A DNA stretch of 64,000 nt, from NCBI GenBank assembly GCA_963800795.1, contig CAWDCJ010000001.1:280855-344854 (forward strand). The letters are read 5' to 3'. The DNA comes from an uncultured Chloroflexia bacterium (GTDB taxonomy: Bacteria > Chloroflexota > Limnocylindria > Limnocylindrales > CSP1-4). The notes under the pieces are model-generated. The model was not told where the DNA came from and searched no databases. It saw only the letters and a program-made list of their open reading frames with translations. The translations under genes were made by a program, and so were the position numbers. This document shows positions 37,709 to 51,960 of the stretch, piece after piece. Position 1 is the stretch's first letter. Each line of letters opens with the position of its first letter.

Positions 37709-38620
37709 ATGCACGCGAAGCCGCCCGACGCCGAGAGCCGCGTCGCGCCCCCCGCGCTTCGGCGCGCCCTCGCCGGCGTCGCGGCCTTCGTGCTCGACGC
37801 CGATGGCGTCCTGGTGATGCAGGGCGCGGACCTGCCTGGCGCACGCGCCGCGCTCGAGACGCTCCGCGCGCGTGGCATCCCGTTCCGGATCGCGACGAAC
37901 TACTCGTCGGCCCATCGCAGCACGCTCGCCGCGCGATTCCAGGCCGCCGGTCTGCCGATCACCGAAGACCTGATCGTCACCGCCGCGAGCGCGACCGCGG
38001 CTCGCACGGCTGCCAGGTATGCGGGCCGGCCGCTGTTCGTGATCACGAAGCCGGATGGCCGCCGCGAGTTCGCGGGCCAGCAGCTGATGGCATTCGGCGA
38101 TGCTGACGCGCCAGGCGCGCGGGCAGCCGCCGTCGTCATCGGCGATGGAGAGGAGGACCTGAGCTACGCGAACCTAGACCGCGCGTTCCGGCTGATCCGG
38201 GCTGGTGCGGCCCTGCTGGCGATGCATCGGAACCCATGGTGGTTCACGGCTCGCGGCCCGACCCTCGACAGCGGCGCGTTCGTGGCCGCGCTCGAGTACG
38301 CCACCGGAGTCCGGGCGGTGATCTGTGGCAAGCCCGGCCCGATCATGTTCCGGACCGCGCTGGCCGGGCTGGCGGCGGAGCTCGGCCGCCGCGTCCCGGC
38401 GCGCGACGTTGCCATGGTCGGGGACGATCCAGTCCAGGACATCGCGGGGGCGCACCGGGCAGGCTTGCGCGGCATCCTCGTCCTGACTGGCAAGACCGAC
38501 ACGGCAGCCGCCGCAGCGCTCGAGCGCGGGGCGGCGCGGGGAGTCGGAACGCGTCGCTCGCGGGCGATCCCGGACGCGGTGGCTCCCTCACTGGCGGATG
38601 TCGTCTCCGCGCTAGACTGA
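37709..38620 (+). CDS. HAD-superfamily hydrolase, subfamily IIA-like
   Basis: 303-aa ORF. FVLDADGVL (DxDG motif), RIATNYSS, GKPGP, MVGDDPVQDIAGA. Confidence 0.75.
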   Translation: MHAKPPDAESRVAPPALRRALAGVAAFVLDADGVLVMQGADLPGARAALETLRARGIPFRIATNYSSAHRSTLAARFQAAGLPITEDLIVTAASATAARTAARYAGRPLFVITKPDGRREFAGQQLMAFGDADAPGARAAAVVIGDGEEDLSYANLDRAFRLIRAGAALLAMHRNPWWFTARGPTLDSGAFVAALEYATGVRAVICGKPGPIMFRTALAGLAAELGRRVPARDVAMVGDDPVQDIAGAHRAGLRGILVLTGKTDTAAAAALERGAARGVGTRRSRAIPDAVAPSLADVVSALD

Positions 38621-38739
38621 CCGCCACCGGACCGCAGCTCGCGGCATCCGGGCGCCGTCCCGATCGTGCCCGCGGATCCATCCGCCACGAGGCGCCGCGG
38701 CGTCCGCCCTGCCGCTCCTGGGCACGAGGGGGATCGCCG

Positions 38740-40305
38740 ATGACCGAGCGGATCAAGATCACATACGCCACGCTCCGCAACGACAACGAGGAGCTTCACG
38801 CGCTCTACGAGGCGGGCGTCGTGCGGGCCCGTGCGCGCCTTGGCGCGTACCACCGGAACCTCATCAACGGCGTCGGCCGCGACGGCACGGGCACATTCGA
38901 GCTTCGCTCGCCGATCGACGACCGGGTGCTCGTGGGCACGTTCGCCAAGGGGACCGCCGGCGACGCCCGCGACGCGATCGCGGCGGCGCGGGCCGCCCAG
39001 CCCGCCTGGCGCGCGATGCCGTGGCGGGAGCGCCTGGCCATCCTGCGTCGCGCCGCGGAGCTGATCTCCGAGCGGCAGATGGAGTACGCGGCCTGCATGG
39101 CGATCGAGGTTGGCAAGAACCGCCTCGAGGCACTCGGCGAGGTGGAGGAGGCGGCCGATCTCCTGCGCTACTACGCGGATGTCTTCGAGCGCAACAACGG
39201 CTACGACCACCCGATGGACAACCTGGGCGATCCGGCGGTCCACACCCGCTCGATCCTTCGCCCGTTCGGGGTCTTCGCCGTCATCAGCCCGTTCAACTTC
39301 CCGATGGCGCTCGCCGCGGGCCCGACGGCGGGCGCCCTCGCCGGCGGCAACACCGTCGTCTTCAAGCCTGCCTCGGCCGGCGCGATGACCGGCTCCCTGC
39401 TGGCCGAGGCGCTCTCGGACGCGGGCATCCCCGCGGGCGTCTTCAACCTGGTCATGGGACCGGGCGCGACGGTGGGCGAGGAGCTCCAGGTCAACCCGGG
39501 CGTCGACGGGATCGTCTTCACGGGCTCGTTCGAGGTCGGCTTCGCGCTCTACCGGCGTTTCTCCACCCGGTTCCCGCGGCCCTGCATCGTGGAGATGGGT
39601 GGCAAGAACCCGGCCATCGTCACGGCGCGAGCCGACCTCGAGGAGGCCGCCGAGGGGATCATGCGCTCGGCCTTCGGCTACGGTGGCCAGAAATGCTCCG
39701 CCAACAGCCGGGTGTACGTGGAGCGGCCGGTCCGTGACGAGCTCGTCCGCCTGCTGGTCCAGAAGACGGAGAAGGTCACGATCGGGGACCCGCTGGAGCG
39801 GGAGAACTGGCTTGGCCCGCTCATCGACGCGAGCGCCGTGCAGCGCCATCAGCGGGCCGTGGCGGAGGCACGCCGGGACGGTCGAGTCCACGTGGGAGGA
39901 GAGACCCTGACCGAGGGAGATCTCGGCCACGGCTTCTACGTCGAGCCGACTGTCGTGGAGGTCCCGACCGCGCACCGGCTCTTCCAGGACGAGCTGTTCG
40001 TCCCGCTGACCGCCGTCGCCGCGGTCGATTCGCTCGACCAGGCCATCGGGCTCGCGAACGAGAGCTCGTTCGGCCTGACCGCTGGCGTCTACAGCGAGGA
40101 CCCGGCCGAGGTCGAGCAGTTCCTCGACCGGATCGAGGCGGGCGCCGTGTACGTGAACCGGCGCGCCGGCGCCACGACCGGCGCCTGGCCGGGCGTGCAG
40201 CCGTTTGGCGGCTGGAAGGCATCCGGCAGCACGGGCAAGGCCGGTCTCTCGATGTACTACCCAGCCCAGTTCCTGCGCGAACAGAGCCACACCGTCGTCG
40301 ACTGA
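38740..40305 (+). CDS. aldehyde dehydrogenase family protein, 1-pyrroline-5-carboxylate dehydrogenase-like (PruA/RocA type)
   Basis: ATG 38740 in ORF 38236..40305. EVGKNRLEALGEVEEAADLLRYYA, VISPFNFP, FTGS, VEMGGKNP, GQKCSA. Confidence 0.85.
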   Translation: MTERIKITYATLRNDNEELHALYEAGVVRARARLGAYHRNLINGVGRDGTGTFELRSPIDDRVLVGTFAKGTAGDARDAIAAARAAQPAWRAMPWRERLAILRRAAELISERQMEYAACMAIEVGKNRLEALGEVEEAADLLRYYADVFERNNGYDHPMDNLGDPAVHTRSILRPFGVFAVISPFNFPMALAAGPTAGALAGGNTVVFKPASAGAMTGSLLAEALSDAGIPAGVFNLVMGPGATVGEELQVNPGVDGIVFTGSFEVGFALYRRFSTRFPRPCIVEMGGKNPAIVTARADLEEAAEGIMRSAFGYGGQKCSANSRVYVERPVRDELVRLLVQKTEKVTIGDPLERENWLGPLIDASAVQRHQRAVAEARRDGRVHVGGETLTEGDLGHGFYVEPTVVEVPTAHRLFQDELFVPLTAVAAVDSLDQAIGLANESSFGLTAGVYSEDPAEVEQFLDRIEAGAVYVNRRAGATTGAWPGVQPFGGWKASGSTGKAGLSMYYPAQFLREQSHTVVD

Positions 40306-40433
40306 CCGCGACCGGGACCGCGGACCGGGACCGCGCAGCCCGGCTATACTCGCCGTATCCAGTCTGCATACTTTCTATGCGTTCAGGCTCCGGTGCCCGT
40401 CCGCGGCCGAATGCCCGTCGTCGCCGGAGGTGC

Positions 40434-41763
40434 ATGATGAGCCACGTGGCGGTCCGGGGTGTCGATCCAGTCGGCTTGACCGCAGTCCCGGACGCCGGGT
40501 TCGATGCGCCCCACCTCGTGACGGAGCTTCCAGGCCCGAAGGCCCGCGCTCATATCGCGTTCGACGAGCGCTACACCTCTCCGTCGCTGCCGCGCGCCTA
40601 CCCGATCGTGCCCGTTCTCGGTCGCGGATCGGTCATCGAGGACATCGACGGGAACCGGTTCCTGGACTTCTGCGCCGGGATCGCGGTGAACGTGACCGGG
40701 CACTGTCACCCCCGGGTCGTGGCGGCGATCCAGGAGCAGGCGACGCAGCTCCTCCACTACAGCGCCTCGGACTTCTACCTGCCGATCTACGCGCAGCTCG
40801 CGGCCGAGCTGGAGCGGATCGCGCCCATTCACGGCCCCAGCCGCGTGTTCCTGGGCAACTCGGGAACCGAGGTCGTGGAGGCGGCGATCAAGCTGGCCCG
40901 CTATTCGACCGGGCGCCCCTACGTGGTCAGCTTCCTGGGCGGCTTCCACGGGCGCACGTACGGGAGCGTCAGCCTCTCGGCTTCCAAGGCGAAGTACCAC
41001 GCCCATTTCGGCCCCCTGCTGCCGGGTGTCCACCACGTGCCATTCGGGTCGGCGGGCCTCGACGAGCTCGAGCAGCGCGTCTTCCAGCGACTCGTGCCGG
41101 CCAGCGAGGTCGCGGCGATCATCGTCGAGCCGATCCAGGGCGAGGGCGGCATCCAGGTCCCGGACGACGAGTTCCTGCCGAGATTGCGCCGGATATGCGA
41201 TCAGCACGGGATCCTGCTCGTGGCAGACGAAGTGCAGAGCGGCATGGGCCGGACCGGGAGGATGTGGGCCATCCAGCACTGGGGCGTCGAGCCGGACGTC
41301 ATCCTGACCGCCAAGGGCCTTGCCTCCGGGATGCCGATCGGCGCGCTGATCGCCAAGGAGCACCTGATGACCTGGTCGGCCGGAGCCCACGGCTCGACCT
41401 TCGGCGGCAACCCGGTGAGCTGTGCGGCGGCGCTGGCCACGATCACCCTCCTTGAAGACGGGCCTGATCGACAACGCGGCGGCCCGGGGCGCGCAGATCC
41501 TCGCCGCGCTGCGCCCACTCGTGATTGCGTACCCGGATCGCGTCCGGGAGGTTCGTGGAAAGGGTCTGCTGGTCGGGGTCCAGTTCGACTCCGGCGCGAC
41601 GGCGGCCGCCGTGGAGCACGCGGCGTTCCAGCGCGGGCTGATGGTGCTGACGGCCGGCGATGACGTGGTCCGCATGTCGCCGCCGCTCGTGATCACCGAG
41701 CCGGAGACGGCCTCGGGCTGCCGGGTCTTCGCGGAGGCCGTCGCCGCCGTCGTCGACCGCTGA
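40434..41763 (+). pseudogene. class-III aminotransferase (GabT/ArgD-like), one frame change
   Basis: ORF 40377..41663 from ATG 40434 (GNSGTEVVEAAIKLAR, DEVQSGMGRTG, STFGGNP). After about 41456-41462 (a ggg run) the sequence continues in ORF 41422..41763 (GLIDNAAARG...VRGKGLLVGVQF...VVRMSPPLVIT). Confidence 0.85.
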
Positions 41764-41773
41764 GGTCGCTCGG

Positions 41774-42694
41774 ATGTCCGCCTCCAAGGTCGCCACGATG
41801 CGCGACGCGATCGCCGCGCTCGTCCATGACGGCGATACGGTCGCGATCGAGGGCTTCACCCACCTGATCAGCTTCGCCGCGGGTCACGAGATCATCCGGC
41901 AGGGCCGCCGCGACCTCGTGTTGGCCCGGATGACGCCCGACCTGATCTACGACCAGATGGTGGCGGCAGGGGTCGCCCGCAAGCTGATCTTCAGCTGGCT
42001 CGGCAATCCCGGGGTCGGCGGCCTGAACGCGATCCGGCGCGTCACCGAGGGTGAGAACACCTCCCTGGAATTGGAGGAGTACAGCCACTTCGGGATGGTG
42101 GCCCGCTACACCGCAGGCGCCGCGAACCTCCCCTTCATGCCGATCCGGTCCTACTTCGAGACCGACCTGCCGAGCGTGAACCCGCTCATACGGCCGATCG
42201 CGAGCCCCTATGGCGACGGCACGGTCTATGCGGTGCCGCCGCTCAAGCCGGATGTCACGGTGATCCATGCGCAGCGCGCGGATGCAGCCGGCAATACGCA
42301 GGCCTGGGGCCTCCTCGGCTGCCAGAAGGAGGCAGCGTTCGCGGCGCGCCGGGTGGTCGTGGTCGTGGAGGAGCTGGTCGACGAGGCCGTGATCCGGGCC
42401 GATCCCAACCGCACCATCGTGCCCGGCATCATCGTCGACGCCGTGGTGGTGGAGCCGTGGGGAGCCCATCCCTCCTATGTCCAGGGACGCTACGACCGGG
42501 ACAACCGCTTCTACCGGGACTGGGACCCGATCAGCCGGGACCCGGCCGCCACGGACGCGTGGCTCCGCGAGTGGGTCCACGACCTCGATGGCCGCGCAGC
42601 GTACGCGGAGAAGCTCGGCCAGGAGCGCCTTCGCGCGCTCCAGCCCAGCGGTTCCGCGCCCTCGGGCGTGGTCGACTACGGGGAGTACCGCTGA
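41774..42694 (+). CDS. CoA-transferase subunit A (glutaconate/3-oxoacid CoA-transferase family)
   Basis: 306-aa ORF. VHDGDTVAIEGF...G motif, with subunit B following at a 1-nt overlap. Confidence 0.85.
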   Translation: MSASKVATMRDAIAALVHDGDTVAIEGFTHLISFAAGHEIIRQGRRDLVLARMTPDLIYDQMVAAGVARKLIFSWLGNPGVGGLNAIRRVTEGENTSLELEEYSHFGMVARYTAGAANLPFMPIRSYFETDLPSVNPLIRPIASPYGDGTVYAVPPLKPDVTVIHAQRADAAGNTQAWGLLGCQKEAAFAARRVVVVVEELVDEAVIRADPNRTIVPGIIVDAVVVEPWGAHPSYVQGRYDRDNRFYRDWDPISRDPAATDAWLREWVHDLDGRAAYAEKLGQERLRALQPSGSAPSGVVDYGEYR

Positions 42695-43500
42695 TGGATG
42701 CGGACCGCCGGGCGGGGTCGGCGGCAGGGGCCGGCTTCTCGAAGTCCGAGATGATGATCGTCGCCGCCGCCCGTGAGCTTGCCGGCCAGCGCGTGTGCTT
42801 CGTCGGCGTCGGCCTCCCGAACATCGCGGTGAATCTCGCCAAGCGGACCGTCGCCCCCGAGATGGAGCTGGTCTACGAGGCCGGCGTCTTCGGGGCCCGT
42901 CCGGCGCGTCTCCCCCTCTCCATAGGCGACCCGACCATCGTCACCGGTGCGACCGCCGTGACGAGCATGTGGGAGCTGTTCGCCTTCTACCTGCAGGGCG
43001 GCCTGATCGACGTGGGCTTCCTGGGTGCCGCCCAGATCGACCGGTTTGGGAACATCAACACCACCGTGATCGGGGACTATGCCCGACCGAGGACCCGGCT
43101 GCCTGGCTCGGGTGGCGCCTGCGAGATCGCCATCAACGCGCGCCAGATCTTCGTGATCATGCGCCAGTCCGCGCGCTCGTTCGTCGACCGGATCGATTTC
43201 CGAACCTCGCCGGGGAACCTGGGTGGCGCGGAGAAGTCGGAGCGGATCCGGCGCGAGCAGGGCTGGCTGGGCCGCGGCCCGTCCGTCGTGGTCACGGACC
43301 TCGGGATCTGGCACTTCGACGAGACCGGCGAGATGCGCCTCGACTTCCTGCACCCGGGCGCCACCCTCGACGAGGTCCGGGCGACGCTCGGCTGGGCGCC
43401 GCACGTGTCGCCGTCGCTGGCTCCGACGCCCGCGCCGACGGCGGAGGAGCTTCGACTCATCCGCGACGAGCTGGACCCGGAGGGGATGTATACGAAGTAG
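42694..43500 (+). CDS. CoA-transferase subunit B
   Basis: ATG 42694 in ORF 42457..43500. MIVAAARELAGQRVCFVGVGLPN...LPGSGGACEIA (active-site region). Confidence 0.85.
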   Translation: MDADRRAGSAAGAGFSKSEMMIVAAARELAGQRVCFVGVGLPNIAVNLAKRTVAPEMELVYEAGVFGARPARLPLSIGDPTIVTGATAVTSMWELFAFYLQGGLIDVGFLGAAQIDRFGNINTTVIGDYARPRTRLPGSGGACEIAINARQIFVIMRQSARSFVDRIDFRTSPGNLGGAEKSERIRREQGWLGRGPSVVVTDLGIWHFDETGEMRLDFLHPGATLDEVRATLGWAPHVSPSLAPTPAPTAEELRLIRDELDPEGMYTK

Positions 43501-43531
43501 GGGATCGCCGGCCGGCGCGACGAGCTCGCCG

Positions 43532-43948
43532 CTAGCTCGCCGAGCCGGAGAGAACGTGCGTCGGCCGCACCACCATCACCGGGCACCCGGCATGGCGGAC
43601 CACGTGGTCGGAGACGCTGCCCAGGAAGAGCCGCCCGACCGTGCCGCGCTCGTGGGTTCCAACCACGATCAGGTCCGCGTGCTCCGCGGCGGCGGCCTCG
43701 ACGACCGATTCGCCGGCGTCACCATCCCAGGTCATGCCGGCGGCGTTGGCGCCGGCGGCCCGCGCGCGCTGGACGACGCGCTCCACGGCGAGGACCCGGC
43801 CGGATTTGACCTCGGGCGACCCGGAGCAGGCGGAGACGACGAGGAGCCGGCTTCCCAGCCGGGCCGCGAGCTCGATGGCCTGTTCCTCGGCGGCGTGGGA
43901 CGCGCGCGAGGCGTCGGTCGCGAGAAGGATCGTCTCTATTCGGGACAT
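43532..43948 (-). CDS. universal stress protein (UspA family)
   Basis: ATG 43948 within ORF 43532..44209. ILLATDAS...ADLIVVGTHERGTVGRLFLGSVSDHVVRHAGCPVMVV. Confidence 0.85.
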   Translation of the reverse strand: MSRIETILLATDASRASHAAEEQAIELAARLGSRLLVVSACSGSPEVKSGRVLAVERVVQRARAAGANAAGMTWDGDAGESVVEAAAAEHADLIVVGTHERGTVGRLFLGSVSDHVVRHAGCPVMVVRPTHVLSGSAS

Positions 43949-44123
43949 CGGTCTCCGCGGCCTCCTGCGGATCGCCGGGACGACGCTGGCTGCGCGCCTG
44001 GGCCCCTCGATGTGACCGCACGCGCGATGCGCCGGGCTGTCGAGGTGAATGGCCCGGATACCTTGCGGCTCCCCATGCCATTCATGGGGCGGCATGCTAC
44101 CCGCCCCGGGCTCGACCCCCGAT

Positions 44124-44173
44124 GGGGCATTTGTCACAATCCGACGTGCCCGAGGGGCAAAACATATGCGCAT
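44124..44173. promoter_or_regulatory. locally AT-richer segment with phased GGGGCA repeats and palindromes in the usp / kinase divergent region
   Basis: GGGGCA at 44124 and 44154, TGCCC-N3-GGGCA at 44147-44159, ATGCGCAT at 44166-44173. Function unknown; it could be coding if the kinase starts at 44122. Confidence 0.25.
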
Positions 44174-44307
44174 GCGTGCACGGCGATGCTGGAGCCGGGT
44201 GGCGGGCATCCAGTCGCGCCCGGGACGTGACCAGCCCTTCGGGCCGACTGCGGTCCGCGCCGACCAGTGGTCAACGCCGGGCTCGTCCGCCTGCTACGCT
44301 CGCGGCT

Positions 44308-45598
44308 GTGACCGACGCCGCCGCGCCTCGCGCCGCCGATCCTGACGGGCCTTCTCCGGGCCAGGGCGTCCGGCGGGCCCGTGGGACATCCCCGGGCGCA
44401 ACCGCGCCCGAGGTCGAGCCCGCCACGGCAACCGCCGGCTTCTCGGACCAGCGGCTGGCCGCCTTCGATGCCTCGATCCGCGCTATGGCCGCCGTCCTGT
44501 CCGTCGACCGCGTCCTCCAGGTCATCGTGGATCGCGTCCGCGAGCTCGTGGGCGCTGGCTACGCCGCGCTCGGGATCGTCGACGCGGAGGGCGTCATCGA
44601 GGAGTTCATCACGAGCGGGATGTCGCGACTCGAGCGATCCCGGATCGGGGCGCCCCCGCGCGGTCACGGGATCCTGGGGCTGATCATTCGCGAGAACCGG
44701 TCGTACCGGGTCGCGGACCTGATGCAGGACCCCCGGCGGTACGGCTTCCCGCCCAATCACCCGGAAATGCACGCCTTCCTCGGCGTGCCCGTGAGCATCC
44801 ACGGCCGGACGATCGGCAACCTCTACCTCACCGAGAAGGCTGGCGGGTTCAGCGAGGCGGATGAGCAGCTGGTGGAGCTCTTCGCCGGCCACGCCGCGAT
44901 CGCGATGGAGAATGCCCGGCTCCACGACCAGGTGCAGCGGCTCGCCGTGGTGGAGGAGCGCGAGCGGATCGGGCGTGACCTCCACGACGGCGTGATCCAG
45001 TCGATCTACGCCGTCGGCCTCTCCCTCGAGGATGTCCCGGACCTGATGGTGGAGGAACCCGCCGAGGCGAGCCGGCGTGTCGAGCGGGCCATCGAGAGCC
45101 TCGACCAGACAATTCGCGACATCCGCAACTTCATCTTCGGGCTCCGCCCCCAGCTGCTCGACGGCGTGGAGCTTGTCGAGGGGCTGGCTGCCCTCGCCGA
45201 CGAGTTCCGGGTCAACACCATGGTCGACGTGGAGCTGCGCGCCGGCGCGGAGGTGGACGCCAACCGGTTGGGCCCGGAGCGCACCCTGGAGGTCCTCTCG
45301 GTGGTGCGCGAAGCCCTGAGCAACATCGCGCGGCATGCGCGGGCAACCCGCGCGGAGGTGCTCGTCGCGAGCGACAGCAGCGGGATCACCGTCACCGTCA
45401 GCGACAACGGCGTGGGTTTCGATCCGAACGGCGCCGCGCGGCCTTGGTCACCTGGGCCTCGCCAACATGGACGCCCGGATGGCCGGCATCAGCGGGAGTC
45501 TCGGCGTGGAAAGCTCACGCGATCGCGGGACGCGTATCATCGCCCATGTTCCCCGTGACCCCTCGGTCGGCGAGACAGAGGACGATCCTGGGGCGTGA
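44308..45598 (+). pseudogene. GAF-domain sensor histidine kinase (HisKA_3/NarL-partner type, DevS/DosS-like architecture), one frame change
   Basis: GTG 44308 (start uncertain) in ORF 44122..45558. GAF region, H-box ERERIGRDLHDGVIQ, N-box REALSNIARHA. After about 45438-45445 the G-box/C-terminus (GHLGLANMDARMAGISGSLGVES..GTRI) is in ORF 45335..45598. Confidence 0.8.
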
Positions 45599-45623
45599 AT
45601 CGGAACGGAGGCACCCCTCGACC

Positions 45624-46298
45624 ATGACGGAGCAGCCCGAACAGCGTCCCCTTCGTCTGCTCGTCGTCGACGACCACGAGGTCGTGCGCCAGGGCCTCGT
45701 GGCGCTCATCGACCGCCGTGAGAAGTTCCAGGTCGTCGCGGAGGCGGGCACGGTCGAGGAGGCCCTCGACGCGGCGCGCCGCTTCCAGCCGGACCTCGTG
45801 ATCATGGACGTCCGCCTCCCGGATGGCTCCGGCATCGAGGCATGCCGCGAGATCAGGGCGGAGCTGCCCGCGACGCGCGTGGTGATGCTGACGAGTTACC
45901 CGGACGAGGAGGCGGTTCTCTCGGCGATCATCGCCGGCGCCTCCGGGTACCTCCTCAAGCAGATCCGCGCGCGCGATCTCGTGAACGCCCTGGAGGCCGT
46001 GGGCCGCGGCGAGTCACTCCTCGACCCGGCGGTGACCGAGAAGGTCCTGGAGCGCGTCCGGCGGATCGCGTCCGGGACGTACACGGACGAGCTGGCCCAG
46101 CTGACCGCCCAGGAGCAGAAGATCCTCCAGCTCGTGGCCGAGGGGAAGACGAACAAGGAGATCGCCTCCGAGGTCTTCCTCTCCGACAAGACGGTCAAGA
46201 ACTACGTCAGCTCGATCCTCTCGAAGCTCAACCTGCAGCGGCGTGCCCAGGCGGCTGCCTTTGTCGCCAAGCACCGTCTGCCCGGCTCGGGCACGTAG
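45624..46298 (+). CDS. NarL/FixJ-family response regulator (DevR/DosR-like architecture)
   Basis: ATG 45624 in ORF 45444..46298. LLVVDDHEVV, DLVIMDVRLPDGSG, LTSY, LuxR HTH LTAQEQKILQLVAEGKTNKEIA..LSDKTVKNYVSSI. Confidence 0.9.
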   Translation: MTEQPEQRPLRLLVVDDHEVVRQGLVALIDRREKFQVVAEAGTVEEALDAARRFQPDLVIMDVRLPDGSGIEACREIRAELPATRVVMLTSYPDEEAVLSAIIAGASGYLLKQIRARDLVNALEAVGRGESLLDPAVTEKVLERVRRIASGTYTDELAQLTAQEQKILQLVAEGKTNKEIASEVFLSDKTVKNYVSSILSKLNLQRRAQAAAFVAKHRLPGSGT

Positions 46299-46346
46299 CG
46301 CGCGAACGCCCCCTCAGTGCGGCGCGCACATCCGTAGACTCCGGCC

Positions 46347-47618
46347 ATGAAGATCGTCAGCGCCGCCGAGGCCGCCGAGGCGATTCGCTCGGGCGACCGG
46401 GTCTACGTCCAGTGTGCCGCCGCGGCACCGTCCGTCCTGCTCGACGCGCTGGTCCAGCGCGCCCCGGAGCTGCGCGACGTGGAGATCGTCCATCTCCACA
46501 TCGAGGGGCCAGGACCGCATCTGGCCCCGGAGATGGCCGGCCACTTCCGCCACACGGCGCTCTTCATCGGCCCGAACGCCCGCGCCGCGGTCAACGAGGG
46601 CCGAGCCGACTTCGTGCCCGTCTTCCTGTCGGACGTGCCGCACCTCTTCGATGCGGGGCTGCTCCCGCTCGACGCCGTGCTCTGCAACGTCTCGATGCCG
46701 GACGCGCATGGGTACTGCTCGCTCGGGACGGCCGTCGAGGCGATGCAGGCCGCGATCCGATCCGCGAAGACCGTCATCGTCCAGCTCAACGCCGCGATGC
46801 CGCGGACGCTGGGCGAGAGCTTCATCCATGTCTCGCAGATCGACTACGGGGTCGAGGTCGAGGTGCCGCCCTACCTCGTGCCGGCCGGCGAGATCGACCC
46901 GGTAGAGCGCCGGATCGGCGAGTTCGTCGCGGAGATGGTCCCGGACGGTGCAACGCTCCAGATGGGGATCGGGGCCATCCCGAATGCGGTCGCGCTGTTC
47001 CTGCGCGACAAGCACGACCTCGGCATCCACACGGAGCTGATGACCGACCCGGTCGTGGACCTCGTGGAGGCGGGGGCCGTGACGGGGCTGGCCAAGGAGC
47101 GCAACCGCGGCAAGATCGTGGCCACGTTCATGATGGGGACCGAGAAGCTCTACCGCTTCGCCCACGACAACCCCATGGTCGAGATGCGCGCCTGTGACTT
47201 CACGAACAACACCCACGTGATCCGCAGCTTCCGCAGGATGACCGCGATCAACTCGGCGATCGCGATCGACCTGACCGGCCAGGTCTGCGCCGACTCGATC
47301 GGCTGGCGACTCTACAGCGGGGTTGGCGGCCAGATGGACTTCATCCGCGGCGCGGCCCTGGCCGCGGAGGGCCGCGCGATCATCGCGCTTCCCTCGACCG
47401 CGGGCGGCGGAACGGTCTCGCGGATCACCCCATTCCTCGCCGAGGGGGCGGGCGTGGTGACGACGCGGGCGCACGTCCGAACGGTCGTGACCGAGTGGGG
47501 CATCGCGGAGCTATACGGGAAGTCCATCCGCGAGCGGGCGGCGGCCCTCATCGCGATTGCGCACCCCGACTTCCGCGACGAGCTGACCGTGCAGGCGCGA
47601 CGCACCCACTACCTGTAG
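46347..47618 (+). CDS. acetyl-CoA hydrolase/transferase family protein (4-hydroxybutyrate CoA-transferase-like)
   Basis: 423-aa intact ORF. AEAIRSGDRVYV, GIGAIPNAV, GGQMDF, AHPDFRDEL. Confidence 0.85.
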   Translation: MKIVSAAEAAEAIRSGDRVYVQCAAAAPSVLLDALVQRAPELRDVEIVHLHIEGPGPHLAPEMAGHFRHTALFIGPNARAAVNEGRADFVPVFLSDVPHLFDAGLLPLDAVLCNVSMPDAHGYCSLGTAVEAMQAAIRSAKTVIVQLNAAMPRTLGESFIHVSQIDYGVEVEVPPYLVPAGEIDPVERRIGEFVAEMVPDGATLQMGIGAIPNAVALFLRDKHDLGIHTELMTDPVVDLVEAGAVTGLAKERNRGKIVATFMMGTEKLYRFAHDNPMVEMRACDFTNNTHVIRSFRRMTAINSAIAIDLTGQVCADSIGWRLYSGVGGQMDFIRGAALAAEGRAIIALPSTAGGGTVSRITPFLAEGAGVVTTRAHVRTVVTEWGIAELYGKSIRERAAALIAIAHPDFRDELTVQARRTHYL

Positions 47619-47714
47619 GCGGGCTCGGGCTGGTGGCCGATGGGGTAGGGCCCGCCGCCCGGTCGCCGGGCTGAGGCCGCTGCGCAAGCTCCGCGCCGGG
47701 GGCCAACGCAGGTA

Positions 47715-47751
47715 GTGGTGGACGCCGCGCGTCCCCTGCGGCGTCCACCAC
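47715..47751 (+). terminator. perfect 14-bp stem / 9-nt loop hairpin downstream of the CoA-transferase gene
   Basis: GTGGTGGACGCCGC gcgtcccct GCGGCGTCCACCAC, read directly. No U-tract follows, so its role as an intrinsic terminator is tentative. Confidence 0.4.
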
Positions 47752-47860
47752 GCTCGGCAGTGTGGTCCGCAGATCGCGACGGTTGGCAGGGCCGAATGGC
47801 CCCCTTCTTGGGGCCGGTGCGGGGGTGCCCGGTCTGAATGCCCGGGACGACGCTACGAGC

Positions 47861-51956
<4,096 letters not shown>

Positions 51957-51960
<4 letters not shown>

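Noticed and set aside
40311-40372. Tandem ACCGGGACCGCG x2 after the aldehyde dehydrogenase stop, followed by TATACT (40345) and CATACT (40367) hexamers, as a terminator/promoter pair for the aminotransferase operon
   Set aside because: This is plausible but unsupported. There is no convincing -35 element or hairpin, and isolated -10-like hexamers are weak evidence.
43949-44307. Canonical DosR box (GGGAC-N-GTCCC type) in the usp / kinase intergenic region
   Set aside because: No such palindrome is present. Only the different GGGGCA/TGCCC motifs reported as a finding occur here.
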